A stretch of 64,000 bases of DNA from Candidatus Saccharimonadota bacterium (GCA_016700315.1 CP065013.1:321449-385448); one strand, 5' to 3'. Shown: positions 1 to 10,004, numbered from the stretch's first letter. The notes: generated from the letters alone by a model not told the origin. A program made the numbers and translations.

Positions 1-964
1 ATTTCTGAGTCATACTAGCAATAAGGTCACGCGCTGAATCGTCAACGTCGTGATCGACAACCACAGACCTAAACCACTCAGCTTCCGCCTCACTAACGTT
101 CGGTTTTCCTAAGACACTCAAAAAGTCCTGCTTTTGCTCGGGCGTAAGACGGCTAAGCGTCTCAGCTACTAAATAAGTCATCTTCCCTTCTTTAATATCG
201 CTGGCATCCGAATCGCTAAACAGATCGATTAAATCGTCTTCAACCTGATAAGCTGTACCGGCAAATAGCGAAAACTCTCGAAGCATATGAAGTTTTTCTT
301 CTTCTACAACTCCTGCCATAATTGCACCTAGCCGAAGTGGCATCAAAAAGGAGTAGTAAGCAGTTTTTCGCTCGTTCATTGCCAGCACATTATCTACACT
401 TACTTCGCCACTTAAGGCCTCGAAAAATACATCTTCGATTTGACCGTTTATAGCAACAAGTAAGGACTGCTGCAAATCTCTTGATAAACTATTAATCGTC
501 CGGGTGTCGGTTTCCAGATTATTAAGCTCTAGCTGCGCCAAATGAGCTCCAGCTAGTCCTGCATGAAGCGCTTGAGAATTTCCAAAATGCTTTTTTTCGC
601 CTTTTAGATTTTTTGTCTCAAATACAGACTGCATTACGCGGTGTGCTGTTGGGCCATCACGCCGGGTCAAAGACTCATCAACTATATCGTCCATGATAAG
701 AACATAAGTGTGAATCATTTCGACAACCAACGCCAGCTTATTGGCTAATTGCTTATCGCGTCCACCACACATATCGTAGGCAACCAGCGTCAAAAGCCCG
801 CGTAACCGCTTACCTCCCCGGCGCAACATGTCGCAGTAGACTCCGATTACTTCCTCTGAATAAGTACCATGCTGCTTCGAAAAATCATTAACTAGCTTGT
901 CGCAAAAATCATCTATCTCTTTGTTGATACGATCTTGATAGAGCTTTAGCTGAGTCTCGATCAT
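1..964 (-). CDS. polyprenyl diphosphate synthase family protein; the C-terminus runs off the left window edge
   Basis: Own translation of the minus strand from ATG at 964 gives MIETQLKLYQDRINKEIDDF...GGKRLRGLLTLVAYDMCGG...VVEMIHTYVLIMDDIVDESLTRRDGPTAH. It contains the GKRLR and first Asp-rich (DDIVDE) motifs. It is absent from the ORF track because no stop lies in the window. Confidence 0.8.
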   Translation of the reverse strand, partial: MIETQLKLYQDRINKEIDDFCDKLVNDFSKQHGTYSEEVIGVYCDMLRRGGKRLRGLLTLVAYDMCGGRDKQLANKLALVVEMIHTYVLIMDDIVDESLTRRDGPTAHRVMQSVFETKNLKGEKKHFGNSQALHAGLAGAHLAQLELNNLETDTRTINSLSRDLQQSLLVAINGQIEDVFFEALSGEVSVDNVLAMNERKTAYYSFLMPLRLGAIMAGVVEEEKLHMLREFSLFAGTAYQVEDDLIDLFSDSDASDIKEGKMTYLVAETLSRLTPEQKQDFLSVLGKPNVSEAEAEWFRSVVVDHDVDDSARDLIASMTQK

Positions 965-968
965 TTGC

Positions 969-1538
969 TCATAAACCTAGTTGCTTTACTATTTCGGCGT
1001 AAAAAGTTTCTATATCATCAGTGTAATTATTTACAAAGATATCGCACTTTTCTTTAACAGCCGCCATGTTCAAAGTAGCGCTATCGCCTGAGCTGGACAT
1101 CTCGGCCTTTTCTTCCTCCAAAAACTGCTCATAAGTTTTGTTATCTTCGCTAGTTCTTTGTCGATCAAAAATCCTCTTATATCGTATGGCTGGGTCAGCA
1201 TCTGTCCAAATCATAAATCCGTTTAGTCCATGCACCCTGTCGGCCTCTCCTGGGTTACGCATACTAGCCATAACGAGACCATTGTACTTGCTAGATCCTC
1301 CTTGGGACTCAAAGAAATCGAGAGATTTGTCTACGAGAACTCCTAGGCCTTGCTCCCGCCGCCATTCTGCGCTAATTGTACGTAAAACTTCACGTTCAAT
1401 CGGCAAACCGCGCTTGGCTGCTTCATTTCTGAGCATATCGGTAACCGACACAAACAAAAACTCATTACGTTCGGCCAGTAGCTGGCACAAAGTGTCTTTG
1501 CCGCTGCCGTTAGTCCCCGCTACTCCATATAAAATCAT
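969..1538 (-). CDS. P-loop nucleotide/nucleoside kinase-like protein
   Basis: N-terminal Walker A GVAGTNGSGKDT; 189 aa; size and layout match small NMP/dNMP-kinase-like proteins. Confidence 0.55.
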   Translation of the reverse strand: MILYGVAGTNGSGKDTLCQLLAERNEFLFVSVTDMLRNEAAKRGLPIEREVLRTISAEWRREQGLGVLVDKSLDFFESQGGSSKYNGLVMASMRNPGEADRVHGLNGFMIWTDADPAIRYKRIFDRQRTSEDNKTYEQFLEEEKAEMSSSGDSATLNMAAVKEKCDIFVNNYTDDIETFYAEIVKQLGL

Positions 1539-1561
1539 ATATTTAGATTATAGATAATGAA

Positions 1562-2536
1562 CTAGGTTTTTACGAAGTATTTTATCGCTTTACTGAGCAG
1601 TGCAGTCTGTTTTATGGCAGAATTTATTTCTTGTGCATAAATAGATGCTGGCTTATCTACGCCACCAAAACCTATAGTTTCAACCACCGCACCAGACGGT
1701 AAACCAAGAAGTCGAAGCGCATCGGGATGTTGAAAAGGCACGTACAAATCAGTTGTTACATTGAGTACGTGGCTTCCATTTAAATATTCGGGGCCAATTA
1801 CTTCGTTCATGAAGTGGTAGGTATCTGCAGTGTTAACTCTTTTTGCTCCTTCAATTTGCGGAGCGCTGACAGATAAGACTTGGGTGTCATCACTAAGAGA
1901 ATAAACCCTTACCTTCCATAAATTTTTTGGATCATTGGTATTTCTATTTGAGAAGTCCATCCATCTTTCTGCATGGCCTACTACACCAAATATAGTTTCC
2001 ATAGCTCCATTGAGTAAATCAAACTCCGTTTTTGCTCCAGGTGCATAGTTAGTAGTGTTTGCTTTTTCTGCATCAGACAAGTCTCTTGCTGAGCCCAAAA
2101 GAACTACATGGGGAATATCGAGTTCATGTTTTTCAATCTGTTCCTTCAAATACTGAACTCTCAGTAGATTTGACTGGTCCGCACCGCCAAGTACTGTTGC
2201 AAACTCGTAGGAGTTTCGCGTAGGTTCTGTAGCACGATCCATGCCTAGTTCGTGGGCTAAAGTCATAATTGCCTCAGTTTGCTGTTCAGTCAACTTTACT
2301 GGTGCAACTTCTTGGCGTTCCCTGCCTTTACGAAAGTCCAAAAAATCACTGGTGAATTTTTGTAGGTCTTCTAGACATTCACCTCTATCAGTCAACTGAA
2401 CTCCAAAAGCAGTAGCAACACTGTCAAATCCCTGTGCTTTTTTTATCCTATTAACATATTCAACGGCAGCTGAAGTAGCTGTTTCGTATGTATGAACGCT
2501 TGGTTTATCTATTTGCTGCATTATCATTTTATTCAT
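1562..2536 (-). CDS. hypothetical protein (324 aa)
   Basis: Long ORF in a tight gene array. No motif I can assign with confidence; a DUF218/YdcF-like pattern is only a weak impression. Confidence 0.5.
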   Translation of the reverse strand: MNKMIMQQIDKPSVHTYETATSAAVEYVNRIKKAQGFDSVATAFGVQLTDRGECLEDLQKFTSDFLDFRKGRERQEVAPVKLTEQQTEAIMTLAHELGMDRATEPTRNSYEFATVLGGADQSNLLRVQYLKEQIEKHELDIPHVVLLGSARDLSDAEKANTTNYAPGAKTEFDLLNGAMETIFGVVGHAERWMDFSNRNTNDPKNLWKVRVYSLSDDTQVLSVSAPQIEGAKRVNTADTYHFMNEVIGPEYLNGSHVLNVTTDLYVPFQHPDALRLLGLPSGAVVETIGFGGVDKPASIYAQEINSAIKQTALLSKAIKYFVKT

Positions 2537-2629
2537 TTGTTTAGATGCTTAACTCTACGGCTTATCTAAACTTCGTAAACTATTGTAATAGCCTATTGCT
2601 TTTTTGTAAATTAATAGTATTATTTAGGT

Positions 2630-3025
2630 ATGAGTGACTTACTCCAAGGCAACAAAGCAGAAGTTTACAATGTTTTCAATAGCTTGTACGAGACTGTTGA
2701 CCGGTACGTAATGCATGACTATCCTACGATTCTAGGCAAGGCCCGTGTAACAGTTGGTAGAACGGGGCTGAGATCAATAATTATCGCTTTTCCTGATTCT
2801 GTAGCAGAGATGTCTGAAGACCCAATTACAGGAGAAGGTGAGGTAATTAATGGCACAACGCTTAAACAAGTAGAGAACGGCACCCGACAGGTTACGATCA
2901 ACGGTACAATAACCAAAAAGGTCGATGGCAAACCTACGACTAGGTTCTTCCCTGAGACAAATGAAGACCTCCTCAGAACTCAAGGCTTACTCGAGGCATT
3001 AATAAAATCTGTCCCGTACATATAA
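2630..3025 (+). CDS. hypothetical protein (131 aa)
   Basis: The ORF fills the gap between flanking genes. No recognisable motif. Confidence 0.45.
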   Translation: MSDLLQGNKAEVYNVFNSLYETVDRYVMHDYPTILGKARVTVGRTGLRSIIIAFPDSVAEMSEDPITGEGEVINGTTLKQVENGTRQVTINGTITKKVDGKPTTRFFPETNEDLLRTQGLLEALIKSVPYI

Positions 3026-3029
3026 GTAA

Positions 3030-4139
3030 CTACTTCAAGTAGTCCAGCAGCTTGCGGGCGTCACGGTGTTTGCGTAGTTTGGCTAGGGCTTTTGCTTCAA
3101 TCTGACGGATGCGCTCGCGGGTAACGGCGAACTCTTGCCCTACTTCTTCGAGCGTGTGGCTTTTGCCATCGTCAAGACCGAAGCGTAGGCGAATAATTTT
3201 TTGTTCACGATCAGTTAGACCGCTCAGCAGATCCTTGACGTGTTCTTTGAGTAGCTGATTAGTAGCAGATTCTTCAGGAGTAATGGTGTCTTCGTCTTCG
3301 ATAAAGTCGCCTAGCACTGAATCCTCTTCGTCGTCACGCACACTGGCATCGAGGCTAGAAATATCTTGCTTAATCTTCATGATGTGTTCAACTTTGTCGA
3401 CGTCTAGCTCCATTTCGCGGGCTATTTCTTCGTTGGTAGGCTCGCGGTTAAGCTCCTGCGTCAATCTACGTTGAGTTCTGAGCAACTTATTTATTGTTTC
3501 TACCATGTGTACTGGGATACGAATTGTCCTTGCCTGATCGGCGATTGCGCGTGTAATGGCCTGGCGGATCCACCATGTAGCATAAGTAGAGAATTTAAAA
3601 CCTTTATCTGGATCGAATTTTTCAACAGCACGCAGCAGACCCGTATTGCCTTCTTGGATTAAATCAAGCAGATCAAGTCCTCGTCCGACATAACGCTTAG
3701 CGATCGAAACAACTAGACGCATGTTTGCCTCGGCCATCTTGTCTTTGGCGCGTTTGTCGCCAGCTACGACTTTGCGCGCCAACTCAAGCTCCTGCTCACC
3801 ATTGAGCAGTGGGATCTTACCAATCTCCCTGAGGTAAAGTCGAACCGAATCATCGGCAATGTCATCGAGGTAGGTAGCTTCGTCGATTAAGATTTCTTCA
3901 CCATCCTCGGCAACCCACTCCGTGCTCATAGTTTCAGGGGTTGGCTCTTCAGCACCGGTAACGACTATGTTAGCCTCACTTAGTTCACCGTACAACGCGT
4001 CTAGCAGATCAATATTTTCTGGATCGTCGGGGATAGCGGCAAAGATGTCTTTTTGGTCAATCTTACCGTCTTTTTTGGCCTTGGCTACAAGTTCATCTTT
4101 TTTGGCATTTAGCTTGGCAGCATTGTCTTCTTCAGGCAT
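3030..4139 (-). CDS. rpoD: RNA polymerase sigma factor RpoD (sigma-70)
   Basis: [11 protein letters not shown], region 2 [37 protein letters not shown], and region 4 [28 protein letters not shown]. Confidence 0.95.
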   Translation of the reverse strand: MPEEDNAAKLNAKKDELVAKAKKDGKIDQKDIFAAIPDDPENIDLLDALYGELSEANIVVTGAEEPTPETMSTEWVAEDGEEILIDEATYLDDIADDSVRLYLREIGKIPLLNGEQELELARKVVAGDKRAKDKMAEANMRLVVSIAKRYVGRGLDLLDLIQEGNTGLLRAVEKFDPDKGFKFSTYATWWIRQAITRAIADQARTIRIPVHMVETINKLLRTQRRLTQELNREPTNEEIAREMELDVDKVEHIMKIKQDISSLDASVRDDEEDSVLGDFIEDEDTITPEESATNQLLKEHVKDLLSGLTDREQKIIRLRFGLDDGKSHTLEEVGQEFAVTRERIRQIEAKALAKLRKHRDARKLLDYLK

Positions 4140-4174
4140 TTATACTCCTTTGGTGGGGTGGGTTAATTGGCGAT

Positions 4175-6130
4175 TTATGAGAATCTTTTGACTAGTTCAT
4201 CTAGCGCTTTTGCTTGGTGCAACAGTTCTTCAGTAGGATTTTGATTGAGGCGCTCAACCAAAATTTGTTTTTGAGTTCTGACGTAATCGGCTACGAGTCT
4301 GGACTGAAGCATTTTTGCCTGGGCTTGCAGTTCGCTTTTTTCGGCTCGGCCGTAGGTTTCTTCACCTAGTAATGCTAACATTTTAACATAATCCTGAAGA
4401 GCATGCCAGATAGCCTGCCTACTAGCAGAGCTAGCAGCACCGCTATCTTCTTCGGTGATAGCACGATTTTCAGCTGTGGTACTCGCTTCGCTGTACACTT
4501 GTACAGCTCGTTCCGTTCCTCGCTTAAGAATCGTACTCTCATCCGAACCATGCCCTTCAGGAACCTGACTCGCATGCCAGATAGCCTGCCTACTAGCAGA
4601 GCTAGCAGCACCGCTATCTTCTTCGATAGCACGATTTTCAGCTGTGGTAAGGTTTGAATCCTCCACTGGTTCGTCTGTTTGCAAATAGTTAAATAGTTTT
4701 GCTGCTTGATCATCTTGAAACAAGTCATTGGGTAAATCATAGATCAGCTCACGCATACTCGGATAAAGCAGCATAATGCTCAAAAAATGTTGCACACGCT
4801 TTTCATTCTCCGGCAGGCTGCCTTTGTTGACAGGCCGGTGGTTAGATTTACGAGCTCTTGCACCAGCTTTGTCGTTTTGGAGCTTGCCTTTTAGTGCTTC
4901 GGCGCTGGCACCAATTATGCTAGCAAGCATGCTAACATAGTGCTCTTGTTCAACCTGGTCGTTGAGCTTGCGCACCGTGGCAAGCACTATGTCTGTTAAT
5001 CTTCGTTTACCAACTGCGGATGTAATGTCGAGGCTTGCGCGGTAATGATCAATCAACCAGTCGATGGCATAGCTTTTTTCGTCAATGGCTTTTTGCCACA
5101 GCTTAACATCTTTTCGCACTAACTCATCAGGGTCTTTGCCCTCAGCAATTGTAATAATACTAAGAGTTACGTCGGCCGCCTGAGCTAGCGGTATCGCCCT
5201 TTCGGTAGCTGCTAGGCCAGCTTTGTCGGCATCGAAAGCTAGGCGCACATCTCCTGTAAAGCGTTTTAGTTGCAAAAAATGCTGACTAGTCATAGCAGTT
5301 CCTGCGGTTGCTACTACCTGTTTTACGCCTGCCTGATGGCTGCTGATTACATCTAAATTACCTTCTGCTACCACGACATAGCCACAGTTTCGAATTGCCT
5401 GTTTGGCCTGACTCAAACCGTAAACATGGCGACTTTTATCATAAAGCGGTGTCGCTGGGGTGTTAAGATACTTTGGCCCCATATTATCACCGCCAAACTG
5501 CCTTGCCGTAAAACCAATTACCTGCCCCTGCCCATCCATCAGTGGAACCATAATGCGGCCGCGGAACATGTCTGTTAGTCCAGCACTTCGGCGCGTTGAC
5601 AATCCGCCGCGGCTAAGCTCACTTTCGCTAAAGCCCTTTTTAAGTAAGTACCTTGTAAGACTGTCATCTGTCGGGCTATAACCCAGTTTAAACTCTAGGA
5701 TTGTTTCCTTGCTGAATCCACGTTCAACGCGAACATAATTAAGTGCTGCGTCGTTTTTGGTTAGCTCACGGGTATAAAAATTAGCCGCCAAAGCATGAGC
5801 ATCTAGCAGGCGTTTCTTTAGCCCGGACTCGCCAGCCTTACGCTTATTATCCTCCAACTCAACCCCTGCCTTTCGGGCCAAAAGCTCCAACGCACCTTTA
5901 AAATCTAAGCCCTCAAGCTCCATCACAAAGTCAAACATGCTGCCGCCGCGCCCCGAGCTAAAATCGTGCCAAATTTGCTTTTCGGGACTAACTATAAAAC
6001 TTGGTGTTTTTTCATTAGTGAAGGGACTGAGACCTTTGTAGTTCCTCCCGGACCGCTTGAGCTGAACATACTCACCGACAATATCCTCAATGTTTAGCCG
6101 CGCCTTCACTTCTTCCAGTGCATCTGCCAT
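4175..6130 (-). CDS. dnaG: DNA primase DnaG
   Basis: N-terminal zinc-ribbon region (GLSPFTNEKTPSFIVSPEKQIWHDFSSGRGG) and TOPRIM (VVVAEGNLDVIS...AFDADKAG). The C-terminal region carries an internal duplication. Confidence 0.95.
   Translation of the reverse strand: MADALEEVKARLNIEDIVGEYVQLKRSGRNYKGLSPFTNEKTPSFIVSPEKQIWHDFSSGRGGSMFDFVMELEGLDFKGALELLARKAGVELEDNKRKAGESGLKKRLLDAHALAANFYTRELTKNDAALNYVRVERGFSKETILEFKLGYSPTDDSLTRYLLKKGFSESELSRGGLSTRRSAGLTDMFRGRIMVPLMDGQGQVIGFTARQFGGDNMGPKYLNTPATPLYDKSRHVYGLSQAKQAIRNCGYVVVAEGNLDVISSHQAGVKQVVATAGTAMTSQHFLQLKRFTGDVRLAFDADKAGLAATERAIPLAQAADVTLSIITIAEGKDPDELVRKDVKLWQKAIDEKSYAIDWLIDHYRASLDITSAVGKRRLTDIVLATVRKLNDQVEQEHYVSMLASIIGASAEALKGKLQNDKAGARARKSNHRPVNKGSLPENEKRVQHFLSIMLLYPSMRELIYDLPNDLFQDDQAAKLFNYLQTDEPVEDSNLTTAENRAIEEDSGAASSASRQAIWHASQVPEGHGSDESTILKRGTERAVQVYSEASTTAENRAITEEDSGAASSASRQAIWHALQDYVKMLALLGEETYGRAEKSELQAQAKMLQSRLVADYVRTQKQILVERLNQNPTEELLHQAKALDELVKRFS
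4401..4649. repeat. intragenic direct duplication inside dnaG: two ~80-bp copies 171 bp apart
   Basis: gcatgccagatagcctgcctactagcagagctagcagcaccgctatcttcttcg(gt)gatagcacgattttcagctgtggta occurs at 4401-4481 and 4572-4649. The copies differ only by a 3-bp indel. They encode TTAENRAI(T)EEDSGAASSASRQAIWHA twice. Confidence 0.8.
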
Positions 6131-6217
6131 ATTTATAGCTTACAGTAATTGCAGCCCCTTCGACAGCACAAGCATTTTGCAGTTGATAGATGAGTAACGA
6201 TAGTTAATACTATTAGT

Positions 6218-6802
6218 ATGCAGGAAAATCAGCCCAACAATAATCAGTACGACTTCATCCTCAATTCGGAAAATAAAAAGAAAAAAACTTTTGGCGGCGA
6301 TTCGACCAAAAAAAGAATAATTTTGAGTGTATTGATCGGCGGAGTTTTTTTGGTGCTGGCGATGATAGCGCTGACAATTTTGCGAAACGCTGGTAAAGAA
6401 AAGTTTAACCACGACGCTAAAATTGTACAGCTACAGAATAAGATTATTCAGGCAAGCGAAACAGCTTCACGTACTAGTGACTCGTTAGACACTCGTACCT
6501 TAGCGGCAACTCTTTCAGCTTCTGTGATCAACGATAATGCAGCGTTAATAAGTTACTTAAAAAAGAACGCCCCCAATGATTTCCTAAAAAATGTTCCTAC
6601 TACCGACAAAGATATTGATTCCAAACTCAAAAAAGCCATTAGCGACAACAATTTCGACAATGGATATCTGGAGCTAGTAAATAGCTTCGTAACGGACTAT
6701 ATGAAAGAGCTTAGGTTGTCCAGGGGTGATTCGCCCAGCACTACCAAACTCAAGCTAATTAACAACTCTTTAAACCACATCGAGGTCATAGAGGGACGAT
6801 AA
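6218..6802 (+). CDS. hypothetical membrane-anchored protein (194 aa)
   Basis: One N-terminal TM segment (IILSVLIGGVFLVLAMIALTIL) followed by a soluble domain. Confidence 0.5.
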   Translation: MQENQPNNNQYDFILNSENKKKKTFGGDSTKKRIILSVLIGGVFLVLAMIALTILRNAGKEKFNHDAKIVQLQNKIIQASETASRTSDSLDTRTLAATLSASVINDNAALISYLKKNAPNDFLKNVPTTDKDIDSKLKKAISDNNFDNGYLELVNSFVTDYMKELRLSRGDSPSTTKLKLINNSLNHIEVIEGR

Positions 6803-6880
6803 TTGGTGATTACACTTTAGCCAAATACGAGAAGCGGCGAAAGATGGGGATAAAATTCTAAGCCAGTTCCCAGTCGCTGG

Positions 6881-7146
6881 CCCTTAGCCCCTAGACCCTG
6901 GTCCGTAGGAGGTACGCGGTACGAAGTACGGGGTACTAAGTAGTAAACATGAAATTCTAAATTCTAAATAGTATCAAGTATTACGTATCTTGTATCAAGT
7001 ATGAACTCGCACCTAGAGCCTAACCACTCTAACCTCTAACCTCTAACCTAATCCTAGCTCTTGTCTCTTGTATTTTAACCATAAACTATCAACTATCAAC
7101 TCGTCCCTAGTCCCTAACCGCTCTAACCTCTAACCTAATCCGGTAC
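6881..7146. repeat. compound heptanucleotide tandem-repeat island (about 38 consecutive 7-nt units in one phase)
   Basis: Parsed in 7-nt steps from 6881: cccttag cccctag accctgg tccgtag gaggtac gcggtac gaagtac ggggtac taagtag ... taaattc taaattc ... tatcaag ... tctaacc x3 ... gtctctt ... aactatc x2 ... ccctagt ccctaac ... acctcta x2. No ORF. Lies between convergent genes. Confidence 0.8.
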
Positions 7147-7148
7147 AG

Positions 7149-7487
7149 CTACTTAGCGATAACCAACTGGTAACTATGCAAAATCAAATCTTTGACTTCA
7201 TCCCAGCTGAGCTGCCCCGACAAGACAATCGTATTCCAGTGTTTTTTGTTGAGGTGGTAGCCCGGCATGACAGATTCATATTTTTCACGCAGAACTTCGG
7301 CTAACTTGGGGTCGCACTTCAGGCTAATAGAAATCGGCGATTTACCTTCAGGGATTAATGCAAACATTTTTTCTTCACTACTACCGCGAGCAGGCACCTT
7401 GTAAACTGCCACCTCTTCGCCAAAGGGGTAGTCACGCCGAGCGCCAGCAAAGCTCAACAGATATTCATCGACAGTTTTGTAATCCAT
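7149..7487 (-). CDS. MmcQ/YjbR family DNA-binding protein
   Basis: 112 aa with the family-typical pattern YPFGEEVAVYKV...KMFALI...ISLKCDP...PGYHLNKKHWNTIVL. Confidence 0.7.
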   Translation of the reverse strand: MDYKTVDEYLLSFAGARRDYPFGEEVAVYKVPARGSSEEKMFALIPEGKSPISISLKCDPKLAEVLREKYESVMPGYHLNKKHWNTIVLSGQLSWDEVKDLILHSYQLVIAK

Positions 7488-7535
7488 TGTATTAAGAATA
7501 CATATTTAGTCTGTAGTTATCCAGATAAAAACAGC

Positions 7536-8294
7536 TTAAATTTTTGACCATAATTGATCAAATAATTGCCGCTGCATGTTTGCAGTACCTTCGTCCTCAA
7601 TTACAACACCGTAAGGCGTAAAGTCTTTGGCGATAGAGATTTGAGCAATTTTATTATCGTAGACTATAGTGTAGCTGGAGATAGAAGTACCTTCTTCTGG
7701 CAACCACTTTCTTTCACTGGCTGGTGCTTTATCGCCACCTTCGCCAATGGCGATGACTTTAACAACAATCCCCTCTTCTACTCGTCGGTCGGTGAAATTT
7801 GGGAACTTGCGGTAGATGTAGCTGCGCATGTTTTTTGATGAGTAAACTCTGTAAAGTGGTGTCTTCATTTTTGAGCAGGTGCTAAGCACGTCTTTGAGAA
7901 TTGCCACAACGCCTTCATCATCCTCGAAGTATCGTACTAGAGGTCGGCCTGTTGGCCTGGCTTTTTCGGCCAAAAGTTCAGGAATTAATTCACTAGCTAA
8001 CTGTTGCGTACGCAGCAGTTCCTTACGACGGTCGCGCAAGATATCCAATATTTTTTCTGGCGTCTCGGCGCTAAAATACTCACGCTCACCAGATCTACGA
8101 ACATGCACCAAACCGATGCTTTGCAGTGACTTTATCGCCTCATAAGTTGTGCCGCGGTTAATGCCAGTTTTGTCTGCAACTTTGCGAATTGAAACCGACT
8201 CCATATCAAGCAGGGCCTCATATATAGTGGCTTCGCGTTCGCTCAAACCAACTTGGATAAGTAAATCTAGTGTTTTCATTTTGTCATGATACAT
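7536..8294 (-). CDS. TrmB-family transcriptional regulator
   Basis: N-terminal winged HTH (LSEREATIYEALLDMESVSIRKVADKTGINRGTTYEAIKSLQSIGLV) plus a C-terminal TrmB-like domain. Confidence 0.7.
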   Translation of the reverse strand: MYHDKMKTLDLLIQVGLSEREATIYEALLDMESVSIRKVADKTGINRGTTYEAIKSLQSIGLVHVRRSGEREYFSAETPEKILDILRDRRKELLRTQQLASELIPELLAEKARPTGRPLVRYFEDDEGVVAILKDVLSTCSKMKTPLYRVYSSKNMRSYIYRKFPNFTDRRVEEGIVVKVIAIGEGGDKAPASERKWLPEEGTSISSYTIVYDNKIAQISIAKDFTPYGVVIEDEGTANMQRQLFDQLWSKI

Positions 8295-8397
8295 GATAAA
8301 TAGCCTACTCTTTAGCTATAATTTTGTCAATCATTTGTTGCCATAGAGCATTGTTTAGTAAATATTATTCTGATTTAATGCTACTCGCAAAACTTAA

Positions 8398-8577
8398 ATG
8401 AAAGTAACGTTGATGGAAAAGGACCCGATCCAGGAATACGAAAGGATGCTAGAAGAAAGATACGACGATTTAACAAATGGCCGGGATATGTACGAAAACA
8501 CAAGCCGACTACGATTACAGTTCGATAGTGGCATTTTGCCAAAAGTAGCTTTAGACAAAAACATGACATCTGAATAG
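8398..8577 (+). CDS. possible small charged protein (59 aa), not in the ORF track
   Basis: Own translation: MKVTLMEKDPIQEYERMLEERYDDLTNGRDMYENTSRLRLQFDSGILPKVALDKNMTSE*. It lies in an otherwise empty 380-bp gap. No clear SD. Confidence 0.25.
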   Translation: MKVTLMEKDPIQEYERMLEERYDDLTNGRDMYENTSRLRLQFDSGILPKVALDKNMTSE

Positions 8578-8680
8578 TTTCATAATACAAAAGTGTCAAA
8601 AAATTGTTGCCAAAAAAGTTGAATGTTGGTTTACCCTGCTGTTACGATAGAACCTATTCCACTCTAAATAAATAGGAACC

Positions 8681-9115
8681 ATGACAACAACACTAGAACC
8701 ATCTGCAGAGACAGGCATCAACTACAATAGGCTGAATGGACAGGGTTTAGCAGCCTTTCTAGCAAGATATACACTAGAGTATTTGGGATTCGAGGTTAAT
8801 CCAAGCGATCCAGAAAACCCAACTACCCATCAAGGTAAAGATGATATTGCAACGGGCTTCGTTATAGACATGGCAAGTTCTTTAACTGATAAAGCAGACG
8901 TCATTGCTACTAAAGCCGTCAAACATTCTGGTCAGGTAACGACTTCTGGGCTACCGATACGTCTTGCGGCAGCCAAACAAATTAACGAAGTTGAAGGAAT
9001 AATAAAGGTGCTTGCTAAACAAGTACCTCCTCCTCCCGCAAACGTGCTAGCTGACGCTGTCATACTACACTTCTTGCCCCAAGAAAATGGCGAACCTGCG
9101 GCCATTGCCGCTTAG
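8681..9115 (+). CDS. hypothetical protein (144 aa)
   Basis: ORF only. The 3' end overlaps the convergent orn gene by 4 nt. Confidence 0.45.
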   Translation: MTTTLEPSAETGINYNRLNGQGLAAFLARYTLEYLGFEVNPSDPENPTTHQGKDDIATGFVIDMASSLTDKADVIATKAVKHSGQVTTSGLPIRLAAAKQINEVEGIIKVLAKQVPPPPANVLADAVILHFLPQENGEPAAIAA

Positions 9116-9669
9116 GCGTTCTTGCGGTCGATAATGTCCATATAGTGCTGCAGCTCAGCGATTGAAGCCTGAACATCTTCAAAAGCGCGGTGTACTTCTG
9201 GTTTCTCAAAGTACACGCGGTAGCGGCTCTGCATCATAATCTTGAAGCTGCTCACATCAACCATACGGTAATGTAGTTTAAGCTCCAAGTTTGGCATGCC
9301 AACTTTAATGAAGTTTCGATCATTATGGATAGAGTTGCCAGCCAGAACTGCCGGCTCTTTGCCAAAATGGTGTTCGATCAGCTCAATCAACTCATGCTCG
9401 GCCATCTCAAGAGGCTTGCCTTTGGCTAGATTCTTGATAAAATCGTCTCTGTTATCGGGGTAGTCCTGCCACCAAGTGTTTTTGTTCATCCGATCCAGCA
9501 CCTTAGCTTTTGGTTGTCTGATAATCGCTTCGTAACTAGCTAGGGTTTGTAGCTTCATGTCAGTTACTTCAGCCGCTATTTCCAAAATCACGTCTTGCTC
9601 GGTATCAAGACCCGTCATTTCCAAATCCAACCACAGCAGCTTAGTCGGTTCAAAAGATTTTTTGCTCAT
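9112..9669 (-). CDS. orn: oligoribonuclease (DEDDh 3'-5' exonuclease)
   Basis: LLWLDLEMTGLD (Exo I), ILEIAAEVTD, and GNSIHNDRNFI (Exo III H-x4-D). Confidence 0.85.
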   Translation of the reverse strand: MSKKSFEPTKLLWLDLEMTGLDTEQDVILEIAAEVTDMKLQTLASYEAIIRQPKAKVLDRMNKNTWWQDYPDNRDDFIKNLAKGKPLEMAEHELIELIEHHFGKEPAVLAGNSIHNDRNFIKVGMPNLELKLHYRMVDVSSFKIMMQSRYRVYFEKPEVHRAFEDVQASIAELQHYMDIIDRKNA

Positions 9670-9903
9670 TAGTACGAATTATACATTACTTCTGTTCTCA
9701 ACTGCGCCCCCAACATGTAAGCAACTTCCCAAATTACCATTTACGCCTTAAGACCCCACCGTTTTCACTCCTATAAAATCACAAAAAGACGACATGTTTA
9801 CCACGATCGTGGTTTTTATGTCGTCATTTTTCAAGTCGGCGCGCTAGTCTACGATAGTTCAAGCACGAGTTAAAAAAAGAAACTCAACGTTCACGATTAA
9901 TGC

Positions 9904-9985
9904 TCAGGGTCTGGACCCAACGAATTTTTTTGATTGATATTCAGTCAGATATTCAGGGTCAGACCCTGACATCTGTTATTTTTTG
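9904..9985 (+). repeat. REP-like palindromic element doublet (one degenerate and one canonical copy)
   Basis: The canonical copy is cagggtcagaccctgacatctgttattttttg at 9954-9985. The degenerate copy is cagggtctggacccaacgaattttttt at 9904-9930. Same family as 27414, 45867 and 46609. Confidence 0.7.
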
Positions 9986-10004
9986 CAATATAGAATTTGA
10001 GGCA

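Noticed and set aside
1138-1557. 139-aa + strand ORF
   Set aside because: It is antisense to the P-loop kinase gene, whose Walker A motif supports the minus-strand frame.
4401-4649. dnaG internal repeat as a DGR TR/VR pair
   Set aside because: The copies differ by a 3-bp indel only, not by A-to-N substitutions, and both lie inside one gene.
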